Shown here one piece after another: positions 1 to 12,565 of a stretch of 64,000 nt of DNA. How positions within the stretch are numbered: the stretch's first letter is position 1; each line of letters opens with the position of its first letter. The notes beneath the pieces are model-generated. The model ran no database searches and had not been told where the DNA came from. It saw nothing but the letters and a program-made list of their open reading frames with translations. Origin of the DNA: an uncultured Acidobacteriota bacterium (GTDB lineage Bacteria; Acidobacteriota; Blastocatellia; RBC074); NCBI GenBank assembly GCA_963796275.1, contig CAWCKY010000004.1:1056001-1120000 (forward strand), written 5' to 3'. A program made the translations under genes and the position numbers.

Positions 1-473
1 CGTGCGACCGTATCTTTCAAGCACTCGGTCAACGGCAACTCGGCGGGCGTGAGCGATGCGTAACGCGGATCTTTCCCCGGATAACGCGGATCATCGGATC
101 TGAGAGGCGGTGGAGGAATATCATAGCTCCGCCGCCAGATCTGTGTTTGTTCCAGCCCGTGCCGTTCGGCGGTCTCGGCTTTATTCAAGCCCTGTAGCGC
201 ACCGTAGTGGCGTTCGTTCAATCGCCAGCTATTATGGATGGGGATCCACATTAAATCCATTTCTTCGAGCGCAAGCCACAATGTCTTGATCGCGCGTTTT
301 AGCACCGAAGTATATGCGACATCGAAGGCGTAGCCTTTTTCGCGCATCTGGCGGCCGGCCTCAACGGCCTCATTCACCCCCTTCTCGCTCAGCCCGACGT
401 CCGTCCATCCGGTGAAGCGGTTTTCTCTATTCCAGTCACTCTCGCCGTGGCGAAGCAATACCAATCGTTTCAT
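1..473 (-). CDS. gpmA: 2,3-bisphosphoglycerate-dependent phosphoglycerate mutase (5' part; runs off window edge)
   Basis: Manual translation [32 protein letters not shown] contains the RHGES catalytic His motif; [11 protein letters not shown] follows; AGGAGA RBS 7 nt upstream. Missing from the ORF track because it is truncated. Confidence 0.93.
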   Translation of the reverse strand, partial: MKRLVLLRHGESDWNRENRFTGWTDVGLSEKGVNEAVEAGRQMREKGYAFDVAYTSVLKRAIKTLWLALEEMDLMWIPIHNSWRLNERHYGALQGLNKAETAERHGLEQTQIWRRSYDIPPPPLRSDDPRYPGKDPRYASLTPAELPLTECLKDTVA

Positions 474-489
474 TCTCATTTCTCCTGGA

Positions 490-564
490 GCGCGCGCGGC
501 CTCGCACGCCTGCTCGTTTTAAATAGACCCGGGCTCAAAACCCAACGCGCGAGGCCGCGCGCGC
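490..564. repeat. GC-rich REP-like inverted repeat
   Basis: Perfect 16-bp IR GCGCGCGCGGCCTCGC (490-505) / GCGAGGCCGCGCGCGC (549-564); degenerate relative at about 52333-52386. Confidence 0.7.
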
Positions 565-569
565 CGGGA

Positions 570-1694
570 TCAATGACGCTCTTCTTCTCTGACTACTGAC
601 CACCCATCATTGACAATTTTTTTACCCTCATGATTCTCGATCTTCATCTCGCGCAGCTCTTCCCTGATCAGACTGAACAATGCCTGAGCAATGGCCACAA
701 TCACGGGGCCGATGAAAAGCCCCAGAATGCCGAAAGCCTGAACGCCGCCCAAGAGCGAAAAAAATATGTACAGGGGATGAAATTTAACATGCCCGCTGAT
801 CACATATGGTCTGATCACATTATCGGCCATCCCGACGACGCCCGCGCCCCAACCGAGCAAAAACAGGCCTTTTACCCAATTTCCGCTCAAGATCAAAAAT
901 ATCGAGGCCGGCAGCCACACAATACTCGATCCGATGAAGGGGACGAATGAAAATATGGCAGCCGCAATCCCCCATAAGATCGGCGAAGCGAGCCCGAGCG
1001 CCCAGAACGCTAACCCGGTCAATATACCCTGAGCCGTCGCGACCGCCAAACCGCCATACATGCTTGCAGTTATGGTCTTCCCCACCTCACCGGTCAACTT
1101 CTCGATCTGCGCGGGGCGCAGCGGGGTCATCACCGACATCCGCCGCAGGACGCGCCGTCCGTCGCGAAATAGAAAGAATAGAGTGAAAAAGGCGAGGACG
1201 CCATTGACGAGAAATGAAACCAGGTTGCCGGCCGCACCAGTCAACTGTTTGAGCAGAAAAGAGCTCACCTGCTCCAGCCATTTCAGCAGCTCACCACGAA
1301 GATCGTATTGCGAGACATCGACATATCGTCCGACCCATTCCTTCATCCAGTCACTCAATTGCAGCAGGTAAGGGACCCAGCCGCCACTCTGCGCGGTTCG
1401 CAAACTGAGCGACTGGTAAGCATCGGTCAGTTCGCTCCTGATCGCAGTTCCGAGAAGAACGGTCGGGGCGATGATCACGAGCAGTACAAGCAGAGTCGAA
1501 AGCAGGGCCGCCAGATTTTGATTCCGGATATCCTTCTGTATCCGCGCATGAAATGGAAAGAAGACGATGGCAAAGACAATGGCGATAAAGACTGGTTTGA
1601 GGAACGGTTCCGCTATTAGATACAAGAACCAACAAGTAATTGCACCGAGCACCGTCAGGAAAATAAGTCTGGATCTCTGATGGTTTAAAAACAT
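570..1694 (-). CDS. AI-2E/PerM family transporter
   Basis: 374 aa, multiple TM helices, PFIGS and DNVIRP...HPLYIFFSLLGG...FGILGLFIGP motifs. Confidence 0.9.
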   Translation of the reverse strand: MFLNHQRSRLIFLTVLGAITCWFLYLIAEPFLKPVFIAIVFAIVFFPFHARIQKDIRNQNLAALLSTLLVLLVIIAPTVLLGTAIRSELTDAYQSLSLRTAQSGGWVPYLLQLSDWMKEWVGRYVDVSQYDLRGELLKWLEQVSSFLLKQLTGAAGNLVSFLVNGVLAFFTLFFLFRDGRRVLRRMSVMTPLRPAQIEKLTGEVGKTITASMYGGLAVATAQGILTGLAFWALGLASPILWGIAAAIFSFVPFIGSSIVWLPASIFLILSGNWVKGLFLLGWGAGVVGMADNVIRPYVISGHVKFHPLYIFFSLLGGVQAFGILGLFIGPVIVAIAQALFSLIREELREMKIENHEGKKIVNDGWSVVREEERH

Positions 1695-1814
1695 TGTTCT
1701 ACCGCCAAAACTAAATGTAAGATGGGGTTACCCGAATGATGATAAATCATAAATGGGGCGAAGAGGTAATAGATTGATAGAATCTGTCCGATATACACGA
1801 AAGGTGGAGCCGAG

Positions 1815-2225
1815 ATGACTGAGAAATTAAAAGGAAGCGCACGAGTATTTCTGAGTATCACAGCATTGCTTTTCCTCCTATCCGATACCACGCGAACCGG
1901 CGATCTACAACAAGACTTGAATTTCCGCATGATGAATCTCGAACGCCGTTTCGATCAGTTACAAATACGCGTGAATTTTATTGAACGGACGGTACAAACT
2001 CAGTCCCTCAATAAACCGAACGATTCGACCGCGGTTGTTCTTGATTTGCAGCGGAAGCAGATATCGCTGACCGAACAGATAGTGCTGCTCGAGAAGCGAA
2101 TGTTTGAGATGCAAAAAACTATCGATCAGATGCGCGCGGCTGCTCAGGAAAAGAAGGAGTCCGGGGAGACCAGCGATACGCCGAAGAGCGAGCCTAAGCC
2201 GAAATCTCCACCAAGAAAACAATAG
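1815..2225 (+). CDS. Hypothetical exported coiled-coil protein
   Basis: GGAG RBS, hydrophobic N-terminus, heptad-rich middle, Pro/Lys-rich tail. Confidence 0.6.
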   Translation: MTEKLKGSARVFLSITALLFLLSDTTRTGDLQQDLNFRMMNLERRFDQLQIRVNFIERTVQTQSLNKPNDSTAVVLDLQRKQISLTEQIVLLEKRMFEMQKTIDQMRAAAQEKKESGETSDTPKSEPKPKSPPRKQ

Positions 2226-2319
2226 CGAAAATTGAGCGAAAAAAAACACAACCGTCAGTATAGCGGCTTCGAAGCTATTTTTCTGGCATCCGTCTATATA
2301 ATCTTTTTTCCGTCAAAAC

Positions 2320-3496
2320 CTATATCTCGATTCGCGCGATGAGCAGATTGATCGCTTCACGTAAGATCTCCGGCTCCGGCAGCAGGCTAACAATCAAATA
2401 CGCCTCACGCGAAAAGTCGAAGAAATAGCCCGGGTGCGCTAGTACGTTATCTCGCTCGAGCAAGCCCAGGACCCATTCCTCTTCCGGCACATACCGCGGG
2501 ATCTCGAGCGCCGCATACCATCCTCCTTCAACCGTCAACAAACGACAACCCGATTCAATCTTCCGAAGAGATTCGATGTTTCCGCTTAGCCGTTCGCGTA
2601 ACGCTCCTTGTATTTCAGACCGCAATTGCAGCCAGGCGGGTGCGGCATGCTGCACCGGCGCACCGGCAGAAAGATAAGTATCCGCGATCAGATCCAGACG
2701 ATCTATCGCTTCATTGCGCAAGGCAGCCGGCCCCGCTGTTACGACCCAGCCGAGCTTCATCTGTGGCAATGCCAGGATTTTGGAAAACCCGCTCAAAACG
2801 AAAGTCAGCACCTGATTGTTCGAGACCAGCGATGGCGCGCGCCTCTCGTCCGCGCCAAAAAAATAATCGCCGAAAACTTCATCGCAGATCAATGCAAGGC
2901 CGTGGCGCGAGCAGATATCGTTCAACTTGTTGAGCTCGGTTTTCTTGATGAATGAGCCGGTCGGGTTATTCGGGCTGACTAAGATGACGGCGCGTGTGGT
3001 TTTATCGATCGCCTTTTCCAGCGAGTCAAAATCTATCTCCCAACCCATCGGATGAAGATAATTCAACTGATAAGGCCGTAACTCGACGCCATCCAAAGAG
3101 GCGAGGAATTCAAACAAGGGATAGCTTGGCTGCGGCGCCAGCACCGATTGACCATGATCGGTGAGTAATTTGAAGAGGTAGGAATAACCCTCGCTCGTAC
3201 TCGACGTGAGATGAAGGTGGGCTGGATCAACCTCGATATCCGCGTTCACGATAATAATCAGCGACGGCTCCGCGGGCGACCGGAAGACCGCGTGGATACG
3301 GTTCATAAACGATCGTCTCGAGGCGTCCCAGATTTTTCAATATGGCATCAGCTGGAAACCTCAACCCCACACGCGTCGGATTGGATTCGGTCAAATCGAG
3401 CACGCGCGCCTTCATACTGCGCTTCTCTTCAAGCAGCAGCGCCAGGCGATTGGAATCCAGGCTCCATTTAAGACGCGTCGAGAATCGATAACCCAT
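2320..3496 (-). CDS. PLP-dependent aminotransferase class I/II (one frameshift near 3240)
   Basis: ORF 3227-3496 (LDLTESNPT...YYRERG) joins ORF 2320-3306 (IEVDPAH..SPNNPTG..DEVF..SGFSK) if one extra T is removed. Confidence 0.85.
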
Positions 3497-3737
3497 AATC
3501 GATATCTTATGGGTATTTGCGAAAACTAGCCATAGATTAACCGAGGGAGGCAGGGAGATCAGGGGATAACGGGATCAGGAGAACTAAATCCCGTTACCAT
3601 GACTAAATCTGACATCATCAAATTGGTATGAGCCTTGAGCCTCAAAATTCACACAACCAGACGAACATCAGATGACCATGTTGTCCCCTGTCTGCCTTCA
3701 GCGTCTCAGGGCCAGATGGGCCACCATGACTAAGTTT

Positions 3738-6509
3738 CTATTTCGCCTCTGTTCTCGACTTCGCGAAATCGCCGGCCTTGATGATCGAAAGTTTTGTAGG
3801 ATCGAGGTACTTGCGCATCGCAGAGGTTATCTGTTCGGCGGTCAGGGCCTCGATCTTCTTCTCGAACCCGGCGTCCCATTCAAAAGTTCGGTTCAGATTA
3901 ACTAAAGCGCGCAGCCTTCCCGCCAACTCTTTATCCTGCGAGCGCGTGACCTGGCGCAATTGTAACAACCCGCTCTTGGCGGTCTTGATCTCTTCCTCGG
4001 TGAAACCGTCTTTCAGAGCTCGCGATATCTCTTCCTTGAACGCAGCCTCGATCTTCGCGGCATTCTGCGGGGCATAGATCGCGTAGCCTGAGAAAGACCC
4101 GCTCTTATCGAACGAGCTCACCTGCAATTGCGATCCGACGCGGTAACTCAGGCCCTCGCTCTGGCGGACACGCGTGGCGAGCCGCGAGTTCAAAAAACCG
4201 CCCCCGAGCATGTAGTTGCCCAGCACCAGGGCCGGATAGTCGGGATCATCATCCCGCATGTTGAGGTTTATCGCGGCGACGAAATAGGCATTGGCTTTAT
4301 CAGGAGTCTCGAGCGCCTGATTCCGTATCGCAACATCTTTGTAGCTGTCGGGGATACGTTTATACGGCCGCTGGCTCTTCCAATTGCCGAAGAGCTCGGC
4401 CGCCAGTTTTGTTATCTCCTTATCATCGAAGTCTCCTACCACCGCCAATTCGCCGTTCTGCGCACCATAAAATTCACTGTGAAACTTCTTCACATCGTTG
4501 AGCTCCGCGCCCTTTATCTCAGCAATCGTTTCATCGATGGTGAAAACGTATTTAGGGTGACCCTTGGGATATGGCTTAGTGTGACGCTGCATCGCGATGG
4601 ATGCCACAACTGCCGGCTCGCTGCGCTGGATTTCAATTCCGGCGATCTGCTCCTGTTTGAGCTGCTCGAATTCATTGGCTGGGAAAGAAGGCTCGCGCAG
4701 AAGTTCCGCCACGAGCTTCAGGACGGCCGGCAGGCTATCGCGTACTGTCTCGATCGTGACATCGACCGAATTCTCTCCTCCAATAAAGCTGACTTGCGCT
4801 TTGAGTTTGTTAAATTCGTCCTTGATCTGCTGACGGGAGCGCTTGGCCGTTCCGCGATCGAGCATGAAAGCGGAAAGCTGGACGGCCGCGGCCTGGTTCA
4901 TCAAGCTCTTCTCATCGCCCATCTCCAGAGTAAGGTTTGCGACCACGGTGGCCTTATACGTCTTTTTGGGGAGGAGAGCGAGTTTCAAACCGCCTGTCGT
5001 GGAGCTGCGGAGCGTCCGCGCATCGACATTGGCCGGTGAGGGATCGAAATTTTCTCCCGCCCCCACTGTCGCATCGCCTTTATAGTCCTTAACCATAGCA
5101 ATTACGTCCGGCGCAGGAGGGATTTCGGCTCTATCCGGTTTCTGCGTAGGAATAAAATAGCCTAAAGTCCGATTTGTTTGTTTGAGATAGGATACGGCCA
5201 CCCGCTGCACTTCCTCGGACGTCACAGCACGCAGACGATCGCGATGGATGAAGAGCAACCGCCAATCGCCCATTGCTATCCACTCGCTCAACTGGAGTCC
5301 AATTGTCTCCGACGAGTTCAGAGTGAGCTCGATCTGTTTCAGCAGGTCAACGCGAGCTCGTTCGACCTCTTCTTTCGTCACGGGATTTTTAGCGATATCT
5401 TCGGTAACCTGCAGCATCGTATCCCGTGCCGCCTCGAGCGACTGGTCCTGGGTAAGCGCCGCGCCGACCAGAAGCAATCCCGGATCACCAAGTTGGAATG
5501 TCAGGTTATAGACAATGCTCGCCTTCTTCCCTTCAACTAGCGCTTTGTGTAACCGCCCCGAGGGAGAATCGCCAAGGATTTGGGATATGACAGTAGCGGC
5601 AGAAGAATCCGGATGCGCACCCGACGGAATGTGGTAGACCGCACCGACGAATTGCGCATCGCCAACGCGCCGCACTGTAACCATTCGTTCACCATCCTGA
5701 ACCGGTTCCGCCGTATAAATCTTCGGCAATTCACGTGATGGCTTGGGAATTTTACCGAAGTACTCATTAACCAATCCGATAGTCTTCGATTCATCAATCC
5801 TTCCGGTCAGAAGCAGGACGGCATTATCCGGCTGATAATATTTTTTATAGAATGCCTGCAGGCGATCGATTGGCACATTCTCGAGATCGGATCTCTCGCC
5901 TATCACGACCTTCCCGTAGTTATGCCAGAGATAAGCTGTGGAAAAGATGCGAAATCCCAATACGCGATCCGGTTCGTTATCGGCCTTCTCCAATTCATTG
6001 CGCACGACCGTCATCTCGCTATCGAGATCTTTTTTGGCAATAAAAGAGTTGATCATCCGATCGGCCTCGAGATCGAGCGCCCATCGAAGATTTTCGTCGG
6101 TTGCGGCGAAGGTCTCGAAGTAATTGGTCCGGTCCCACGATGTCGACCCGTTCGGCCGGGTGCCGTGCGCCGTCAGTTCCTGAGGAATGTTCGGATGCGA
6201 TGGCGTGCCTTTGAAGACCAGATGCTCGAGCAGGTGCGCCATCCCCGTCTCGCCATAGTTTTCATGTTTGGAACCGACAAGATAGGTAACATTGACCGTG
6301 ATCGTCTGCTTCGTCGGGTCGGGGAACAGCAGGACTCGCAGTCCGTTGGATAGTTTATATTCAGTAATTCCCTCGACCGTTGTAACGCGCTCGACGCCTT
6401 TCGGTGTGGCCGGCACGTTCTGAGCAAATATCAATACGCCTGACGCAGCCCATATGACTGCACCAAATATCGCCGCACAAAGTATCATTACTTTCATTCT
6501 TATATTCAT
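3738..6509 (-). CDS. M16 family (pitrilysin/PqqL-like) zinc peptidase, exported
   Basis: HLLEH inverted zinc motif, two M16 halves, signal peptide; start chosen at MNIRMK with GGAGGAG RBS. Confidence 0.92.
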   Translation of the reverse strand: MNIRMKVMILCAAIFGAVIWAASGVLIFAQNVPATPKGVERVTTVEGITEYKLSNGLRVLLFPDPTKQTITVNVTYLVGSKHENYGETGMAHLLEHLVFKGTPSHPNIPQELTAHGTRPNGSTSWDRTNYFETFAATDENLRWALDLEADRMINSFIAKKDLDSEMTVVRNELEKADNEPDRVLGFRIFSTAYLWHNYGKVVIGERSDLENVPIDRLQAFYKKYYQPDNAVLLLTGRIDESKTIGLVNEYFGKIPKPSRELPKIYTAEPVQDGERMVTVRRVGDAQFVGAVYHIPSGAHPDSSAATVISQILGDSPSGRLHKALVEGKKASIVYNLTFQLGDPGLLLVGAALTQDQSLEAARDTMLQVTEDIAKNPVTKEEVERARVDLLKQIELTLNSSETIGLQLSEWIAMGDWRLLFIHRDRLRAVTSEEVQRVAVSYLKQTNRTLGYFIPTQKPDRAEIPPAPDVIAMVKDYKGDATVGAGENFDPSPANVDARTLRSSTTGGLKLALLPKKTYKATVVANLTLEMGDEKSLMNQAAAVQLSAFMLDRGTAKRSRQQIKDEFNKLKAQVSFIGGENSVDVTIETVRDSLPAVLKLVAELLREPSFPANEFEQLKQEQIAGIEIQRSEPAVVASIAMQRHTKPYPKGHPKYVFTIDETIAEIKGAELNDVKKFHSEFYGAQNGELAVVGDFDDKEITKLAAELFGNWKSQRPYKRIPDSYKDVAIRNQALETPDKANAYFVAAINLNMRDDDPDYPALVLGNYMLGGGFLNSRLATRVRQSEGLSYRVGSQLQVSSFDKSGSFSGYAIYAPQNAAKIEAAFKEEISRALKDGFTEEEIKTAKSGLLQLRQVTRSQDKELAGRLRALVNLNRTFEWDAGFEKKIEALTAEQITSAMRKYLDPTKLSIIKAGDFAKSRTEAK

Positions 6510-6652
6510 CAATCTCCTCCAAAATATGCTGAGTATATTTGCCAGGGTAGAATAGGAATAAAAATTAGGGGTGTGCAAGATTCATTGAATCAACGATTCA
6601 ACCAGTAAATTTCGGGGGCGAAGTAATAGATAGGCTTTATAAATTAAAAATT

Positions 6653-6702
6653 TGGCATCGCTCATTTTTCACAGATTGAACAGTTAAAAATGAGCGATGC
6701 CA
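6653..6702. terminator. 17-bp perfect inverted repeat, likely terminator/hairpin
   Basis: TGGCATCGCTCATTTTT (6653-6669) / AAAAATGAGCGATGCCA (6686-6702), downstream of the 6778-7161 gene. Confidence 0.55.
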
Positions 6703-6777
6703 CATAAATCATACGTTAAGATCCCAAGTCCCTGATCCTTGACGTATGGCAGTCAGGCAAACAGGCTGTAGCCAAAT

Positions 6778-7161
6778 TTATTCCCCAATAAACACTTCAC
6801 ACTTCTCTAAAATGTATTGCGATGAGATCTCCCTCAGTCTGTCATCGACCTCCGGGGAGAGTTGCACTTTGATCGTTCCGTCCTCTCCTACTCTCAATCC
6901 TGGGCGCTCGCTGTTTTTATCTTCGTTTTGCGCCACTGCATACTTCACATCAGGCGCGTTTTGTTCCAGCCATCCATTGAATTCGGGATGCAGCAGGTCG
7001 AGACCGTATTGCTGCCACAAGAGCGCCATCATCACAGTGTTCGAGGAGACCGTCTTGCCCTCATATCCGGCAGGCATTTCCACCATCACGGGAAACTGGT
7101 CGATCATTGAAACTGATGTATTCCGCTCTTTACGCCCGAAAATATTGATGTTCTGAAACAT
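6778..7161 (-). CDS. Hypothetical protein (~127 aa)
   Basis: GAGAGGG RBS 9 nt upstream of ATG 7161; globular-looking sequence; AT-rich upstream region; no family recognised. Confidence 0.6.
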   Translation of the reverse strand: MFQNINIFGRKERNTSVSMIDQFPVMVEMPAGYEGKTVSSNTVMMALLWQQYGLDLLHPEFNGWLEQNAPDVKYAVAQNEDKNSERPGLRVGEDGTIKVQLSPEVDDRLREISSQYILEKCEVFIGE

Positions 7162-7426
7162 TGTAATCATCCCTCTCAAATTGATTGTTGAAGCTCTTTT
7201 AGGGGGGGCATTTTGATCTCAATCAATTTCGCTTCTCGATTTAAGGTGCGTGAATTGGCTGAATATGTCGCGGGGGATTTGGCGTGATTTATCCAAAGCA
7301 CACACAAATACACATAAAACAAGATACATAAGAAGATTTTAGGTACTTTGTATTATGAATCTTGCGCGTATATCTACTTATTCAATTATTTCTCAATTAC
7401 TATTCACTAAAAGGTAAGAGCTTCTA

Positions 7427-9688
7427 TCATTCGCCGCGCACGTCGATAACGCCATCCTTTACATCGACGGTGAACCCTTTGAAGCCCTTCCAGAGATTGG
7501 TCACCGGAAGTTTAATCTTCTCATCGATCGTGCGCTTGAGGAAGCGGGCTCCGTATGCTGGGCTGAACCCTTTTTCGACGATGAGATTGAGAGCTGTATC
7601 AGTAACGATGAACTGTTTTCCCTGTCTCTCCATCTGGCGGCGGATAGTGCTGAGATAGAGTTGAGCGATCTGTTTCACTTCGTCTTGCGTCAAAGGCGAG
7701 AAGATAACGATCTCATCTATGCGGTTGCGGAATTCTGGTGAGAAGCGTGTCTCGGCCGCCTGCATCACGGCGCGCTTTATCTCTTCCAGATCTCCGGTAG
7801 TCTTCTGCCCGAAACCGAGCGGTTTCATGTACTTCTTGAAATTCTCCGACCCCAGATTCGAAGTCATGATGATTATCGCATCGGAGAGATAGACCTTCTT
7901 GCCGCGACCGTCCGTCAGCCAGCCTTCATCGAAGGCTTGCAAGAAAAGGTTGAGCAGATATGACGAAGCCTTCTCGACTTCATCGAGCAGAAGCACGGTA
8001 TAGGGGTTTTCACGCATTCGCTCGGTCAAAATCCCGCCGCGCTCCGATCCGACGATGCCGCGGGGCATGCCGATCAGCTTCTCGATTGCGACCGTCCCGT
8101 CCTGATATTCGCTCATATCGATGCGCACCATCTTCCGCTCGTCACCGAACATGCATTCCGCTACTGCCTTCGCGAGTTCGGTTTTGCCTACTCCGGTGGG
8201 ACCGAGGAAGAGCAGCACGCCGTCCGGCTTATAGAAATTCTCTTTCAATGGTCCTTTATTCAACCGCAGGCGTTGCGCGACGGCGCGGACCGCATCTTTC
8301 TGGCCGATGACCCGCCGGCCGAGTTGTTCTTCGAGCGTCTTGAAGCGCTCACTCGTATCGCGGAAGATCAGGTCGCGCGGAATGCGCGATTCCTGTGAAA
8401 TAACATCTATGATGTGGTCGGGCTGGACCTGCATGATGTTCGGCTCATTGATTTCAACCTTGACCGAAGCCGTGTCGAGCCACCCGATAACCTTGTCGGG
8501 AAGATGCAGGTTGCGAACATACCGCTGTGACATCTCGAGCGCGGTATCGATGGCCGCATCGGTGATCTTGACCGAATAATTCTTCTCGAGGCGCGGGCGA
8601 ATGCCATGCAGTATCTGGCGCGTCTCGCTCAACGACGGTTCGTCCACTTTGACCAGGCGGAAGCGGCGGGCGAGAGCTTCATCCTCTGCGATGTATTCCT
8701 TGTACTCAGTCAGCGTAGTCGCGCCGATAATGCGGATCTCTCCGCGCGCCAGCGCCCCTTTGAACATGTTCGCAGCGTCTGAAGAAGCTCCCAGAGCCGA
8801 TCCGGCGCCGATGATCGTGTGCGCTTCGTCAACGAAGAGAACGATGTCGGGACGCTCCTTGACCTCATTGATAATACCCTGCAGCCTCTCTTCAAACATA
8901 CCACGCAACATCGTTCCCGCGACGATGCCCGCCATCTGCAGCTGAACTATGTGCGCTCCGCGCAGCCGCGCCGGGACATCCTGAGGATCCAGCTCGATCG
9001 CACGCGCGAGCCCCTCGACAACGGCGGTTTTACCTACGCCCGGCTCGCCCACCAGCATGGGAGAGTTGGCGCGTTCACGATGACAGAGGATCTCTATCAT
9101 CTGATGGATCTCCCGCTCGCGACCGATGGTCGGCGGGAGCTTATCGTTACGCGCCAGCTTGTTGAGAGAAACACCGAAATGTTTGAGATAGGCCGGAAGC
9201 TCGTATTTCTTGCGTAAAACTTCCGTCTGCTCTTCCCTCGTCCGGATCGTCAATGAAATTGTCTCGGTGGCCTGAATCGGATCGACGCCGAGGCGGCGCA
9301 GGATATCGGCTGGAAGTCCGGTCGGATCGGAAAAAAGCGTGACGAAGAGATCGAAAGATTCGATCTTCTGGCGGCCGCTCTGCTTGGCACGCTTGAGCGC
9401 GCGAGTGAACAACTCGCGAGTCGTATCCGCAACGGCCATTCCCTTCCCCATATATTTATTGGGCCGGGCTAACTCCTGTTCGAGTAAGCGCGAAACTGCT
9501 CTCGGGTCCAGACCGATTGATTGCATCGATTCGGTAAATAGGACATTCTCAATATCGTACAGGGCGGTAAATATATGTTCGACCGAGAGATAATTATGAT
9601 CCCGGCTCTTAGACACTTCGATAGCCCGGCGGACCACCTGCTGCCCGGTTTCGGAGAATCTATCAGTCATTGGCCCCAAATCGATCAA
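7427..9688 (-). CDS. ClpA/ClpC-like Hsp100 AAA+ ATPase without M-domain, atypical pore loops
   Basis: Clp N-domain, Walker A GEPGVGKT and GPTGVGKT, Walker B FVDEAH and LLDEVEK, KPLGF ClpP-docking-type loop. Confidence 0.9.
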   Translation of the reverse strand: MIDLGPMTDRFSETGQQVVRRAIEVSKSRDHNYLSVEHIFTALYDIENVLFTESMQSIGLDPRAVSRLLEQELARPNKYMGKGMAVADTTRELFTRALKRAKQSGRQKIESFDLFVTLFSDPTGLPADILRRLGVDPIQATETISLTIRTREEQTEVLRKKYELPAYLKHFGVSLNKLARNDKLPPTIGREREIHQMIEILCHRERANSPMLVGEPGVGKTAVVEGLARAIELDPQDVPARLRGAHIVQLQMAGIVAGTMLRGMFEERLQGIINEVKERPDIVLFVDEAHTIIGAGSALGASSDAANMFKGALARGEIRIIGATTLTEYKEYIAEDEALARRFRLVKVDEPSLSETRQILHGIRPRLEKNYSVKITDAAIDTALEMSQRYVRNLHLPDKVIGWLDTASVKVEINEPNIMQVQPDHIIDVISQESRIPRDLIFRDTSERFKTLEEQLGRRVIGQKDAVRAVAQRLRLNKGPLKENFYKPDGVLLFLGPTGVGKTELAKAVAECMFGDERKMVRIDMSEYQDGTVAIEKLIGMPRGIVGSERGGILTERMRENPYTVLLLDEVEKASSYLLNLFLQAFDEGWLTDGRGKKVYLSDAIIIMTSNLGSENFKKYMKPLGFGQKTTGDLEEIKRAVMQAAETRFSPEFRNRIDEIVIFSPLTQDEVKQIAQLYLSTIRRQMERQGKQFIVTDTALNLIVEKGFSPAYGARFLKRTIDEKIKLPVTNLWKGFKGFTVDVKDGVIDVRGE

Positions 9689-9805
9689 GACGTCTTACCC
9701 CGTTGTGAAATTATTTCCCAGGTATTCATCAGTCCGTTATCGGCCACCCATTATCGATATCTGTCAAGTGAAGAAGAACCGATAAAGTTTCGTGGGAGTA
9801 TGTCT

Positions 9806-9834
9806 AAGCTAACAGCGCCATACTTAACTGTCAA
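9806..9834 (-). promoter_or_regulatory. Putative sigma70 promoter for the Clp ATPase
   Basis: Minus strand TTGACA-17 nt-TAGCTT. Confidence 0.45.
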
Positions 9835-9941
9835 GCAGGGAGTATTTTTACATACACCCCTTTGTCTGCTTCCGCTTTGCCTGCCTGTTTATAGACGAAA
9901 TTTAAGAAGTAACAGCTAAGCAATTAAAGGATCGATAGAAA

Positions 9942-11561
<1,620 letters not shown>

Positions 11562-11653
11562 TTACAAACAAATTAACCCACGAAGAAAGATGAAAATTTT
11601 CTCCGTCGTTTCTTCGCGATTGATAAATTCACCATTCCCGGACGGTGAACGTC

Positions 11654-12358
11654 CTAGTCGCCCGCTCGTCCCACACGCACCCGTGCTGGGCGCAAGAGGC
11701 GGTCTCCGAACTTATAGCCGGTTTGGAACTCTTCGATCACGTGATTGTCCTCTTCGGCTTTAACGGGGACTATCTCCACCGCTTCATGAATTTCAGGATT
11801 GAATTGCTCACCGACGCTGGTGATAGGTTTGAGCCCCAGCCCCTGCATCTTCGCTTCGAACATGTTGGATGTCGCGCGAACCCCTTCAAGCAATGCCTCC
11901 CAATCGTTCTCGCGCCTCTCGCTTATCTCGGCGGCGGCTATCGCTCGCTTGAGATTGTCGAGTGCATCGAGTAAGCCTGCGATGGTGTCTCCGCGCGCCG
12001 CTTCGAGCTTCTGATCGAAGAGGCGCTGCATTCGAGCGCGCTGCTCCTCAGTCTCGGCTTTCAGCTGCGCCTGAGCATGGCGGAACCGTTCGGAAATATC
12101 GCGCACTTGCCGCTCTGCTTCGGCCCGCTTCTCATCCGACGCTTTCAGCTTCGCCTGAAGCTGTTCGATTTCAGATATCACCGCATCCGTTTTCTCTGTA
12201 TCGAATGGAGTTCCTTCATCATTGATATGAGCTCGCCGCTTATCACCAACGAACACATCGTCTTCGTTCGTCTCATCTTCAATATCGTCCAGCAGCACAT
12301 GCTCCTGCTCCTCCAACGGATGTTTATTAGCTTCCTGATTTTCAGGTTTTGACCTCAT
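11654..12358 (-). CDS. grpE: Nucleotide exchange factor GrpE
   Basis: Acidic N-terminus, long coiled coil, FNPEIHEAV and GYKFGDRLLRPARVRV. Confidence 0.93.
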   Translation of the reverse strand: MRSKPENQEANKHPLEEQEHVLLDDIEDETNEDDVFVGDKRRAHINDEGTPFDTEKTDAVISEIEQLQAKLKASDEKRAEAERQVRDISERFRHAQAQLKAETEEQRARMQRLFDQKLEAARGDTIAGLLDALDNLKRAIAAAEISERRENDWEALLEGVRATSNMFEAKMQGLGLKPITSVGEQFNPEIHEAVEIVPVKAEEDNHVIEEFQTGYKFGDRLLRPARVRVGRAGD

Positions 12359-12565
12359 AACTACCCAACCACCTCTCAATATTGCATTTCGGATCGATTA
12401 GTAAGAAAGATATTCAAAATATCATCGCACCAGAACGAATGCAATGATTGCCGGTTCACAACATTCACTACATAAAAGGTAAACAGAAAAAAACACGCAG
12501 ACGGGAAATATAAGTTCTTTTTTGCTTTTACTGTGACTATTTGGTCAATCTTCCGCTATTCGTCA

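Noticed and set aside
3540-3735. Possible structured RNA or repeat between the aminotransferase and M16 peptidase
   Set aside because: Only weak, gapped inverted similarity and an 11-bp direct repeat; insufficient support
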